Source: Octopus vulgaris (lineage: Eukaryota). From it: DNA of 64,000 bases. Positions 27,139 to 39,201 of the stretch are shown piece after piece. The stretch covers positions 45,508,001 through 45,572,000 of the forward strand of contig OX597831.1 in assembly GCA_951406725.2 (NCBI GenBank), read 5' to 3'. The translations under genes were made by a program, and so were the position numbers. The notes below the pieces were generated by a model. That model had not been told where the DNA came from. It did no database searches and worked only from the letters and a program-made list of their open reading frames with translations. How positions within the stretch are numbered: the stretch's first letter is position 1; every line of letters begins with the position of its first letter.

Positions 27139-27830
27139 ATGCCTTCATCTCCACCTTCCTCTTCATTCTCCTTTCTTCACTCTCCCTTCCTCTTCACTCT
27201 CCCTTCTTCCCTCTCTCTTCCTCCTTACTCTCTCTTCTTCAGTCTCTCTTCCTCTTCACTCTCTCCTCCCCTTCACTCTCCCCTCCCCTTCACTCACCCC
27301 TCCTCTTCACTCTCCCTTACTCTTCATTCTCCCTTCCTCTTCACGCTCCCTTTCTCTTCACTTTTTCTTCATCTCCATTCTCTCTTTCACTTCAGCCTCC
27401 CGTTCTCTTCACTCTCCCTTCCTCTTCACTCTCTCTTCCTCTTCATTCTCCTCTCCTCTTCACGCTCCCTTTCTCTTCACTTTTTCTTCATCACTTTCTC
27501 TTCCACATCAGCCTCCCGTTCTCTTCATTCTCCCTTCCTCTTCATCTCACTTCTCCTTTACTCTCCCTTCCCTTTTACTGTCCCTTTCTCTTCACTTTCC
27601 CTTCATCTTCACTCTCCTTTCTTCTCCAGCCTTCCTTTCTCTTCACTCTCCCTTCCTCTTCACTCTCCCGTCCTTCCCACCCTCAAATGTCTCTCCCTTC
27701 ACCTTCCACCCCTTTCACATTTCTCTCCTTCACCTTACTCTCCACTCACTCCTTCTTAACCTTGTTCTCCTTGCTCTCTCCACTCTCGCTTTGCCTACTA
27801 CCCTCATCATCCTCTCCCCTCACCTTCTCC
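27139..27830 (+). repeat. Degenerate pyrimidine-rich minisatellite
   Basis: Recurrent unit of about 17 nt (CTCTTCACTCTCCCTTC). It accounts for the spurious 206-aa S/L/P/F ORF. Confidence 0.8.
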
Positions 27831-27917
27831 ATGTGGTACTTGGAGAAGGCGACAACTGCATTGTCGACGTATGTGAGTGGATTTGGTTGTCGGAAACTGA
27901 AAGAAGCCCGTCATATA

Positions 27918-27991
<74 letters not shown>

Positions 27992-28289
27992 TGTGTGTGA
28001 GTGTGAGTGTTTGTGTCTGTGTTTGTGTTCTCGTAATATAGCGGTTCGACAAAAGAGATCGATAAAATAAGTACCAGTCTTAGAAAAAGAAGTACTAGGG
28101 GCCGATTTATTCCACTAAGAAAAATTCAAAGCAGTGCCCCAGTATGGCCGCAGTCTAATTACTGTAGCAAGTAAAAGAAAAGATAAAAGATAACAACACA
28201 TTAAATGGCGGTGCCCCAGCATGGCCACAGCTCATGAGCTGAAACTAGTATCAATCAAACAAAAAACACAAGTCAGTAATATACGGATA

Positions 28290-29145
28290 GTGAATGCATG
28301 TGCACATATCGATTCCGCTGCTCTGTGCACATTCCATCTGACGGGATTTTCGCACCAGAAGAGTTTACCCTGAACTAGCATATCACTACTGCCAAGAAGG
28401 ACTTATAGAAATTGTACATAGTCTCCAGAGTGAGAGTTCTATTGGAAAAAATTGCTCTGTTAGTCTTCGTCGATGCCAAATCTCTGCAGCAGTTGGCTTA
28501 CCATCACCTATTTTATCCGACTTATAAGCAGCTGACAACATTTTTTGGTCGACAAACCTCACATATACATGCATGCACACGCCCACACGTACACACAGAC
28601 ATACACTCACACATGCACTCTCTCCAAGACTGCAGTTCTGTTAAAGAGACAATTTGTATAGGAAATATACCTCACAAATAGCGAACATTGCCGTCTCTGA
28701 ATCGTTGTAGATGCTGCACCGTCAGTGCATATCACCCAGAAATAAGTGTTGGAATATTGCACGCATCTCGCTGGAATCGGACAACAGGCCCCCATCCTGT
28801 TCCGTCAAAGACCTAATAGTAGCTTCGCTTCTACATTGTACCTCTGTCATTTGAGAACATCGAACGACTTTGGCACTCTATAGTAACCTAGCTCCTGCTC
28901 ATGTTTTCTGTGTCTGTGGACATCCTCCGCTAACACTATCCACTGATCTAACAATTCCTCTATAGATGTCATTTGAATGACTCGATGCAGTTTGCTCCGG
29001 AAATCTACATTAGTACTTTCAGAAAGTGTGTACCTATTGCACAAATGAAATACCTAAGCAAGGCCTGTGGGGCGATTATGGGCCGTCTTGTATCAGCGAC
29101 ATTCAGTATATCCCTAACGGCGTTACATAATGCCACTCTGAGAGG
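28290..29145 (-). pseudogene. Possible decayed L1/Tx1-like LINE ORF2 fragments
   Basis: Weak minus-strand resemblance only (EATIRSLTEQDG; ESICAHAF), with many stops. Confidence 0.3.
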
Positions 29146-29148
29146 AAT

Positions 29149-29234
<86 letters not shown>

Positions 29235-29280
29235 CCTATAAATACAAACACACATATATATATATATATATTCGCCATGC

Positions 29281-29465
29281 TTGACCGCTAAATCAACAAG
29301 TTTTTTTCATTCTCTCTCTGTTTATCTTTTCTCTTATTCCTTTCTGCTGAAGAGCGTAGGCTCGAAACGTAAAAGACTTTTCATTTTTCCCGAGCGTCAA
29401 ACTAATACACCTGCCTGTTGTTCATACACCTATCTTCGTCTTTTGTTTTTCTATAAATTTCAACT
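29281..29465 (+). mobile_element. Short (TA)n-flanked element with a minimal hammerhead-like motif
   Basis: 29340-29375 reads cttt-CTGCTGA-a-GAGC gtag GCTC-GAAA-cg-TA-aaag, with one core substitution. Related to 32266-32490. Confidence 0.55.
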
Positions 29466-29898
29466 ATATATGTGTGTGTGTGTATTATATATAAGTTATA
29501 ATTAAAAGTTTAGATTTAAATTTTAAACAGTGTTTTGGATATGTCCCTTAGTAGTATGCCGGCAAAGCATATTCACTGCTTTTGGTTACCTGGCGTCATC
29601 CGCGATAATTGCACAGTCGTTGATGGATCTATGCTAAGAATTCCACAGTGCTAGTTGAGTATACTAGAAACAATTGAATCGGACGATAAAATGTACTGGA
29701 AACTTTATCTATAACAACAGTATGAATTGTATCTACTGTGCGCGCGCGCGCGCGTGTAGAAAAAGAAAAAATGAGAAAACAGATTTGTTTATGTGTGTGT
29801 ATATACATATATATATATATATATATATGTATGTATATGTATATATATATATGTATGTATATGTATATATATATGTATGTATGAATGTGTACATACAT

Positions 29899-29952
<54 letters not shown>

Positions 29953-30300
29953 AAAATATAATGCGTCTTGAATGGCACAACAATGGACTATATTAAGTGT
30001 TATAATTTAATCATCCACTGTGGATATAACATTTCGGAATATAAATATTCCTTCTTCAGACAACCCTAGGAATTGATCGAGTCAATACTCGGTTATAGCA
30101 GTGACTCGATCATTTCCTAGGGTTATCTGAAGAAGGAATTTTTGTATCCCGAAATGTTATATCCGACTGTGGATGATTAAATTATAACACTTAATATATA
30201 GTCCATTGTTATTATTATAGAGCAGTGTTGTGTCATTCAAAACACATTATTTTTTAACAGACAATACACAATGCTTCAAGCGAACTACAATACCTTCCTC
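29953..30300. mobile_element. Fold-back element with a minimal hammerhead motif in each arm
   Basis: Arms about 29953-30084 and 30102-30254. Minus 30022-30065 reads ggttgt-CTGAAGA-a-GGAATA ttta TATTCC-GAAA-tg-TT-atatcc. The plus-strand copy is at 30121-30164. Confidence 0.7.
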
Positions 30301-30327
30301 TCTGTGTATGTGTGTGTGTGTGTGTGT

Positions 30328-30364
<37 letters not shown>

Positions 30365-30772
30365 TATGTTTGTATCCCCCATCATCGTTTGACTACCGAT
30401 GTTGTTGTGTTTACGTCCCGTACCCTTACCGTTTGTCAAAAGAAACCGATAGAATAAGTAACTAGGCTTACAAGGAATAAATCTTGGGGTCGATTTCTTC
30501 GACAAAAGGCGCTGCTCCGGCATGGCCGCAATCACATGACCGAAACGAGTAAAACAATAAAAGAAAAACTATGCCATTTTATATAGTTATGGAACGATAA
30601 TCATTTACATTTTTTAATTTCTTCTTACACTCTTACGATGACAGTGTGTGATAATGACCCAGCCTCATCTAATTTAAAGATAAGTCGGAGAAGGGGAAAG
30701 ACTGGTTGATGCATGTATGTGCGTATATGTCGTTGGTATTGGTGTTGCTTTTCAATGATGGTAATGCTTTCT

Positions 30773-31089
30773 TATTTCTTTATTGCCCACAAGGGGCTAA
30801 ACACAGAGGGGACGAACAAGGACAGACAAAGGGATTAAGTCGATTACATCGACCCCAGTGCGTAATTGGTACTTAATTTATCGACCCCGAAAGGATGAAA
30901 GGCAAAGTCGACCTCGGAAGAATTTACGTTCTGGGTTCAAATTCCGCCGAGGTCGACTTTGCCTTTCATCCTTTCGGGGTCGATTGAATAAGTACCAGTT
31001 ACGCACTGGGGTCGATGTAATCGACTTAATCCCTTTGTCTGTCATTGTTTGTCCCCTCTATGTTTAGTCCCCTGTGGGCAATAAAGAAA
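30773..31089. mobile_element. Head-to-head (fold-back) pair of 5'-truncated family B SINEs
   Basis: Minus copy 30773-30925, 13-nt unpaired segment, then a paired plus copy 30939-31089. Confidence 0.85.
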
Positions 31090-31686
31090 AATATTATGTG
31101 TGGCCACTGTTGAGACTGTAGTTATTGTATCTATTCAGGTAACCACGATATTTTCTTGGTATCGGATACAGTGTATCTCTTCTATACCGGAATGGTAATA
31201 CGCCGCTTTGTCTGTCGTGCTATCGCTTTTAGCTCTGCAAGACACCGGATTTGAACCGTCTGCCCTGACTGTGACCCGAACTCGACGATAACACGTAACT
31301 GACAACTCCAACTGAAAACTCGTACAACGACTCTACAACGACTAACACATGAGTCTCTCTACCGGTTGACGTCGTTTCACTTTATAGTGCCTTCTCCCAC
31401 TTGTCCCGTGGGAGGGGCGTACCGTTTCGCCTACAACATTTTCCTTCTGTGTTTCGGTTATTGTTTTAGATTTTGTACGCTGGTCTGTTGCTGCTAATAT
31501 TTTCTTATTGTAACGTTGGAAGCAAGAAAGTTCTCATCCCATTTATTGGATGGAAGAATACTTTCTGGTGGTTGATACTACTACTTGTGTAATACGCTTT
31601 CTCTCTTGCACTCTTCCATTCTTCAAATGAATAAGGTCTGGATTTCTTTGCAATGTTATTAAGAGTGAGCAGCATCTGCACCTCTG

Positions 31687-31752
<66 letters not shown>

Positions 31753-32194
31753 TGTCCTTCAATAATTTCCGATGAGAAGTTGATACCCGCCCTTTGATCC
31801 TTCCGGATAATTAGTATAAGAAATAAAATGAATGTCAGATGACAGGGTATAAACGACCATAAGTCTAAAGACAGCTTCTTCATGGCTGTTGACATCCATG
31901 ACCACCGACTCACCATGCAGATCTGAGAAGATTGATTGTACTTATAGATCCAAACACTTCTGAAACAACAGTCACTTTACTCGATCGTAGTCATCGAGAG
32001 GTAGAGTGAATATGTGCGTTCCAGAATTCCTTGTCTCTAAATTACACCGAAATTACTGGCCTAGTGCCAAAATTTGAGTACGGGGGGGGTCGATGTAATC
32101 GACAATCCCTCGCCCCCCCACCCAAATTTTGGACTTTGTGCTTATAGTAGAAAGGATTATCATCATCATCATCACTATCATTTATGCATGTATG

Positions 32195-32242
<48 letters not shown>

Positions 32243-32265
32243 TGTGTGTGCGCGTGTGTGTGTGT

Positions 32266-32489
32266 AGACGATTCACGATTTTCATTTTTTTCCTTCTTCT
32301 CTTTCCGATGAAGAGCCATGCTCGAAACGTTAAAAACTCTCTCCTTACACTGAGTGTCAAACCAACAGAATTCTTGTGCACGTCCTTGCGTTCTTGGGTT
32401 CGTTTTCTTTTTTTTCTTCTTCTCTTTTTTGTTTTTCATTTTCATTTTTTTCTCTTCGCTTTTTATTCGTTTTGAACCATTTGAATTGA

Positions 32490-32490
<1 letters not shown>
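32266..32490 (+). mobile_element. Short microsatellite-flanked element with a minimal hammerhead-like motif
   Basis: 32301-32336 reads cttt-CCGATGA-a-GAGC cat GCTC-GAAA-cg-TT-aaaa. Confidence 0.55.
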
Positions 32491-32529
<39 letters not shown>

Positions 32530-32883
32530 ACACAGTGGGGAATTGGGTCTAAAAATATTGGTTGCCAGGAGACTAAGGAGGAGCCCACCCGCAACCACAA
32601 TGGTATCATTTAATTCTTTTCCTTTTTTTTTTTTTTGTTAAAAGTATTCTTTTCAAATGTCTACAAACACAGCCAAGCTGAAATAATTAATACATTCTTC
32701 CAGGAGTGAATAAAAAAAATTATCAAACTTAAGGGGATCGGCCCCTTAGATACTAACATGGTCTCCCATATATGGATTTTAATGGCGCAGGTGCAAGCTG
32801 GCAACCTGGCCAGTCCGCCACTGTATATGCATATACATATGCATATACATATACATATACACATACATACATACATACATACA

Positions 32884-32933
<50 letters not shown>

Positions 32934-33093
32934 CAGATAAGAGGAAAAATTCTATAAGAAAGGAACTCTAATCTCTCTTTTATATTTTGATAAGCATAAC
33001 AAATGCGCAACCGGTAAAAAGAACTTTCACCTAATTAAATTACTCAAATTACTTCAATTATTTGTCAGCATTTTCTTCATTTCCTTTTTTATA

Positions 33094-33185
<92 letters not shown>

Positions 33186-33648
33186 ATCAAAATAAGCAAC
33201 AAGGATATCCAAAGCTAATGCAAAGGTAATGTTGCTTATTTTGATAAGGAGAGAGAAGTAAGAGACGTTTATGGAGATGTACTTGCATGGCTGGTATTTT
33301 GATCTGAGATCGCATGTTGACACTAATACGACTGCGGTGTTGGAAGGTACAAATTGTCCATTCCGAAATATGCAAATACTGTCGACTTCACTTGAATCTC
33401 CGTATTCATTTACTCTTTTACTCTTTTACTTGTTTCAGTCATTTGACTGTGGCCATGCTGTAGCACCGCCTTTTAGTCGAGCAGATCGACCGCCAGGACT
33501 TATTCTTTGTAAGCCTAGTACTTATTCTATCGGTTTCTTTTGCTGAACCGCTAAGTTACGGGGACGTAAACACACCAGCATCGGTTGTCAAGCGATGTTG
33601 GGGGGACAAACACAGACGCACAAACATAAACACACACACATATATACT

Positions 33649-33679
<31 letters not shown>

Positions 33680-34130
33680 TATCTCGTTTGGCTTAACAGC
33701 CCTTCTTGTTTGTGTTACTGTTATTCTCTGTTCTGTCTTTTACTGTTTATATTTTGTACTGTTGTTACTGTCCTGTTTTTGTTACCATTTTTACCACTCC
33801 GCCAAAAAATCTCAAATTTTATTTAATTTGATTTTCGCGGGAAGGAAAATTTCATTGAAGCCATGTATCGCCTTGACCTTCGAAAAGTGGAGTAGATGAA
33901 ATTAAGGCGACTGAAGAAGGGGAATTTTCCTTGTATTGTATGTCCTGTACTCTATTTTTTCGTTGTTTTAAAAAAAATGTCCATTTCCTTGGTTTTGTGC
34001 TTGTTTTCGTTTCTCATTGTGTTCGACGTTTTTTTTGGTGTCCTGTACCCATATATGCATGTATATATATATGTAGAGGTAGGTACGTACATATATGTAT
34101 GTATATATGCATATATTTTTTTATTTATTA
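33680..34130. repeat. (TA)n-embedded interspersed element; second copy at about 41888-42325
   Basis: Shared blocks CAAATTTTATTTAATTTG...CGCGGGAAGGA, ACTGAAGAAGGGGAAT and GTCCTGTACCCATATATGCATG. It splits a SINE A at its internal microsatellite. Confidence 0.7.
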
Positions 34131-34169
<39 letters not shown>

Positions 34170-34282
34170 TATATACATATATATACATATATATACATAT
34201 ATATATACATATATATATATACATATATATGCATATATATACATATATATGTATATACATATATATATACATATATATATAC

Positions 34283-34383
<101 letters not shown>

Positions 34384-34754
34384 CATATATACGACGGGCT
34401 TCTTTCAGTTTCCGTCTACCAAATCCATTCACAAGGCTCTGATCAGCCCAAGGCTGTAGAAGACACTTACCCAAAGTGCCACGCAGTGGGACTGAACCCA
34501 GAACCATGTTGTTGGTAAACAAGCTACTTACCACACATCCTATTTGCACATATTTTTCTTTCTTCTACAGTCAATTATACAGCATATTTGGTTTAAATTT
34601 GTTCGACGCACGTTTCTGCTGCATAATAAACTAGCGATTGCATTTTCATAGTTTTGATTAGTTAGCAGTCTATGCGACTTTATTGAAGGTGCGTCCACAA
34701 GTATGGATTATAACTGAGTTCTCGCACGGTTCCCACCTGGATAACTTATCCCTA

Positions 34755-34859
<105 letters not shown>

Positions 34860-34991
34860 AAACACGCATACACTCATACACACTAAAAATAAGTGGTAGC
34901 TATGATGATACAGATGTTATGAAGCAGTCGAAATGGGTTCGGAAAATAGAAGTGAAAGAAACGGTTTTTAAGATAATTATCTATCTCACAC

Positions 34992-35030
<39 letters not shown>

Positions 35031-35388
35031 CACACACACATGCACACACAGCACACACACGCATACATACGACCATTTTATTTAGCTTAGAACCAAATAA
35101 CTTCAGTACAAAGAAAATCAGAATAAAGACAGCATGATACTATTTTAAAAGATAACCTTGTCCATGTGACTTTTGTAAAACGCCATAGTCTTTTTTTTTA
35201 TATTAATAGGTCTTGTGCGAATTTCTGTCACCGGCTGTCAATGAACCAAATAGAACAGCTTACCTTGCACACCTGGTAAATTCTCTGCAGTGCGTCCATG
35301 CACGTATATAACTAAGGTGTGGATGCGCGCGCGTGTGTGCATGTATGTTTGTAAGTATGTATGTATGTATACACACACACATATACAT

Positions 35389-35449
<61 letters not shown>

Positions 35450-35472
35450 ATGTTACATTACTCGGTAGTCAA

Positions 35473-35533
35473 GATAAAACTCTGAGTTTCAGATGCCGAA
35501 GTGGAAATCCACAACACCATCTCTTCGGTTATC
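35473..35533 (-). ncRNA. Hammerhead-like motif in the inverted PLE arm
   Basis: Reverse complement of 38362-38422. Confidence 0.6.
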
Positions 35534-35728
35534 TGGCTATTTGAAAACGTTATGAAAAAATACCGTTAAAAATGAAGGGAAATTACTCTGTTATAACTCT
35601 GCTTTGCCTGCGTACTTATACATCGCTCGCATTTTTCGTCATAAAAATTATATAAAAATACATAAAAATATATAAAAATATATAAAAATATATAAAATCT
35701 TCTTGGGACATAACACAGAAAGCATGTT

Positions 35729-36848
35729 CTATCCGTTTTCTTTAGGGGACCAAAAACGTAACAGAAATTTAGTCACATATGGGAATGATCCGAAAAGCTC
35801 TGTCCTTGTATTTAGACATGTGGTAGGGTCTAAACTGCTTTTCCAGATAAGCCATCTCTCCATGTCGCATAAACCGCACCTTCCGCTGCCGTTAGTATAG
35901 GGCTTACATCTGGCCAAAATCTTCCATTGTATGTTATAATCGACACCTTTATCTCTTAAAGACCAAATATGATTGGATAATTGTGTCGCTTTTCTTTGTT
36001 CCAGTGCCTAAAGCTCAATGTGTGGTTATTGAACCTGGCCTTGAAATTACCCTCTGTCAGGCCCACGTATTTCTTCGTCGAAACGGTGTCTTTAGTGGTT
36101 ATAGAGTTTACGGTAGCTTCATATATGATGGTCTTGGACATGCAAGCTCCATTTAGCGGGCACAATTCTTTATTCCTGCATGAACAGCTGTTTTCTTCTT
36201 GTGTTTTTTGTATGTTATGATTGATTATGTTTTTAAAATTGGTAGTTGAACTAAAACTAATTTTTAAATTGTGTCTATTGAAGAGTTTCCTATAAGCATG
36301 GTTAACTGGAAAATGTCTATCTATCAGTGCTAGGAAATATTTACCTATATTGAAGGCCACCTCGGGTGAGTAAGGGGCGTAAACCAGATGACCTTCCTAT
36401 TTCTATTATTCCTTTTCCTTATTGTTGGGCTGGTGATAGGTGTATATTTTATTTTTTCGCTAAAACCACTATCTTTTAAAGCTTTATTATAAACTGGGGC
36501 AACGCTATTAAAGATGTCCTCATTAGATGAGAGGCTAGAAATCCTCTTACTAATATTTTTAACTAAATTTTTGAATACTATAGGGGGATGGCATGAACCT
36601 ACATTAATATAACTTAGTCTATCATTGGGCTTCCTATAAGGCTTATAAATATTATTATTAAGATCTAAGGAAACGTCTAAGAAATTGACAACCGTCAGGT
36701 TAGAGTCTATAGTTATACTAAGTCCGAAGTGTTTCATTAACTGGATAATATCCTTCCTAAAACGATCTTGTGCTGGTCCATTTGTATTAGCTGTTAAGGC
36801 GAGGGCATCATCTTTGTAGATGGCGAAATGTACGTTAGGGAATGTCTT
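35729..36848 (-). pseudogene. Frameshifted inverted copy of the PLE RT-thumb/GIY-YIG coding region
   Basis: ORFs 36345..37073, 35956..36360 and 35729..35917 reproduce the plus-strand protein, broken by two 1-bp deletions. Confidence 0.9.
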
Positions 36849-38166
36849 CGCTAGTGACTTCATAGAAATTAGTACCAATGATAAGGATATAATCTTCCAT
36901 GCTAGAAAGACATTACTTTTCAGTGAGAATGCAAAGTGGGTAAAAAACACCGACACGGAGGGCGCTTTCGATGTGAGCATGGGTTCATATGATGGGGCAG
37001 GCATCTGTGATCTAATTGGACTCTTTCTCCTAGATACCTTCGGTAAGACATTCCCTAACGTACATTTCGCCATCTACAAAGATGATGCCCTCGCCTTAAC
37101 AGCTAATACAAATGGACCAGCACAAGATCGTTTTAGGAAGGATATTATCCAGTTAATGAAACACTTCGGACTTAGTATAACTATAGACTCTAACCTGACG
37201 GTTGTCAATTTCTTAGACGTTTCCTTAGATCTTAATAATAATATTTATAAGCCTTATAGGAAGCCCAATGATAGACTAAGTTATATTAATGTAGGTTCAT
37301 GCCATCCCCCTATAGTATTCAAAAATTTAGTTAAAAATATTAGTAAGAGGATTTCTAGCCTCTCATCTAATGAGGACATCTTTAATAGCGTTGCCCCAGT
37401 TTATAATAAAGCTTTAAAAGATAGTGGTTTTAGCGAAAAAATAAAATATACACCTATCACCAGCCCAACAATAAGGAAAAGGAATAATAGAAATAGGAAG
37501 GTCATCTGGTTTACGCCCCCTTACTCACCCGAGGTGGCCTTCAATATAGGTAAATATTTCCTAGCACTGATAGATAGACATTTTCCAGTTAACCATGCTT
37601 ATAGGAAACTCTTCAATAGACACAATTTAAAAATTAGTTTTAGTTCAACTACCAATTTTAAAAACATAATCAATCATAACATACAAAAAACACAAGAAGA
37701 AAACAGCTGTTCATGCAGGAATAAAGAATTGTGCCCGCTAAATGGAGCTTGCATGTCCAAGACCATCATATATGAAGCTACCGTAAACTCTATAACCACT
37801 AAAGACACCGTTTCGACGAAGAAATACGTGGGCCTGACAGAGGGTAATTTCAAGGCCAGGTTCAATAACCACACTTTGAGCTTTAGGCACTGGAACAAAA
37901 GAAAAGCGACACAATTATCCAATCATATTTGGTCTTTAAGAGATAAAGGTGTCGATTATAACATACAATGGAAGATTTTGGCCAGATGTAAGCCCTATAC
38001 TAACGGCAGCGGAAGGTGCGGTTTATGCGACATGGAGAGATGGCTTATCTGGAAAAGCAGCTTAGACCCTACCACATGTCTAAATACAAGGACAGAGCTT
38101 TTCGGATCATGCCCACATGTGACTAAATTTCTGTTACGTTTTTGGTCCCCTAAAGAAAACGGATAG
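36820..38166 (+). CDS. PLE polyprotein, partial: C-terminal RT core, thumb, Cys-rich linker and GIY-YIG endonuclease
   Basis: FDVSMGSYDGA and YKDD (RT motifs), NFLDVSL, CSCRNKELCPLNGAC linker, IIYEAT...KKYVGLT...FKARFNNH (GIY-YIG), CGLCDME...LNTRTEL...CPH. The first ~9 codons, including the ATG, come from the inverted arm, and the N-terminal RT motifs are missing. Confidence 0.9.
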   Translation: MAKCTLGNVFASDFIEISTNDKDIIFHARKTLLFSENAKWVKNTDTEGAFDVSMGSYDGAGICDLIGLFLLDTFGKTFPNVHFAIYKDDALALTANTNGPAQDRFRKDIIQLMKHFGLSITIDSNLTVVNFLDVSLDLNNNIYKPYRKPNDRLSYINVGSCHPPIVFKNLVKNISKRISSLSSNEDIFNSVAPVYNKALKDSGFSEKIKYTPITSPTIRKRNNRNRKVIWFTPPYSPEVAFNIGKYFLALIDRHFPVNHAYRKLFNRHNLKISFSSTTNFKNIINHNIQKTQEENSCSCRNKELCPLNGACMSKTIIYEATVNSITTKDTVSTKKYVGLTEGNFKARFNNHTLSFRHWNKRKATQLSNHIWSLRDKGVDYNIQWKILARCKPYTNGSGRCGLCDMERWLIWKSSLDPTTCLNTRTELFGSCPHVTKFLLRFWSPKENG

Positions 38167-38361
38167 AACATGCTTTCTGTGTTATGTCCCAAGAAGATTT
38201 TATATATTTTTATATATTTTTATATATTTTTATGTATTTTTATATAATTTTTATGACGAAAAATGCGAGCGATGTATAAGTACGCAGGCAAAGCAGAGTT
38301 ATAACAGAGTAATTTCCCTTCATTTTTAACGGTATTTTTTCATAACGTTTTCAAATAGCCA

Positions 38362-38422
38362 GATAACCGAAGAGATGGTGTTGTGGATTTCCACTTCGGC
38401 ATCTGAAACTCAGAGTTTTATC
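38362..38422 (+). ncRNA. Type I hammerhead-like motif in the PLE 3' UTR/pLTR
   Basis: gataa-CCGAAGA-GATG[gtgtt gtgga tt tccac ttcgg]CATC-t-GAAA-ctc a gag-TT-ttatc. Stem I is a perfect 5 bp. The core has U4C and one extra nt before GAAA. Confidence 0.6.
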
Positions 38423-38519
38423 TTGACTACCGAGTAATGTAACATATTGTATAGATAAATTTCCTCTATTTACATAATATTGAGGTCTCTTTCTTTCTTT
38501 TGTTATCTTACCGTTTTAT

Positions 38520-38599
<80 letters not shown>

Positions 38600-38885
38600 A
38601 CGTGTGTATGTGCGTGTATCTCAGCATGCATGTATGTATATATTTGTTTCAAATATAGAATAATTGTTGCCCATAAATACCAGCTCACACACACAGAGGC
38701 ACACGCACACACACGCACACACACACACACAAATACACACACATATACATATACACACATATACACACACACGCACGCACACGCACGCACACACAGACAC
38801 ACACACATATATATATACGAGTGTGTGTGTATATGTATATGTGTGTATATACCCATGTAGTTACATGTGTATATATATGCATACA

Positions 38886-38932
<47 letters not shown>

Positions 38933-39017
38933 TGTGTGAGTGTGTATATACCATGTAGTTAATTGATATATAGTGTGTATATACCCATGTAGTTACATGT
39001 GTATATATATGCATACA

Positions 39018-39073
<56 letters not shown>

Positions 39074-39152
39074 TATATATGTATGTGTATGCATATACAG
39101 TATACATACATACATATGTTTGTGTGTGTGTGTATGTGTGTGTATGTGTGTG

Positions 39153-39201
<49 letters not shown>

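Larger units (their letters stand above)
35442..38522 (+). mobile_element. Penelope-like retroelement, 5'-truncated, with a 1.4-kb inverted duplication
   Basis: Arms 35442-36848 and 37045-38453 are near-identical reverse complements around a 196-bp spacer. A 69-bp tail (38454-38522) occurs only on the right. Both flanks are (TA)n. Confidence 0.93.

Noticed and set aside
27139-27759. 206-aa ORF
   Set aside because: It is a pyrimidine-rich minisatellite that lacks stop codons because of its composition.
31100-31440. Solo-LTR-like TG...CA segments (also 39591-39950 and 41215-41510)
   Set aside because: No matching TSD, PBS/PPT or second copy, so they cannot be supported.
32530-32824. CACAGTG start resembling a Transib/RSS heptamer, with CCACTGT at the other end
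   Set aside because: Only about 7 bp of inverted match, no 5-bp TSD and no nonamer.
38840-39080. Short tandem duplication (ACCCATGTAGTTAC...) inside a microsatellite
   Set aside because: An ordinary slippage or unequal-exchange product.
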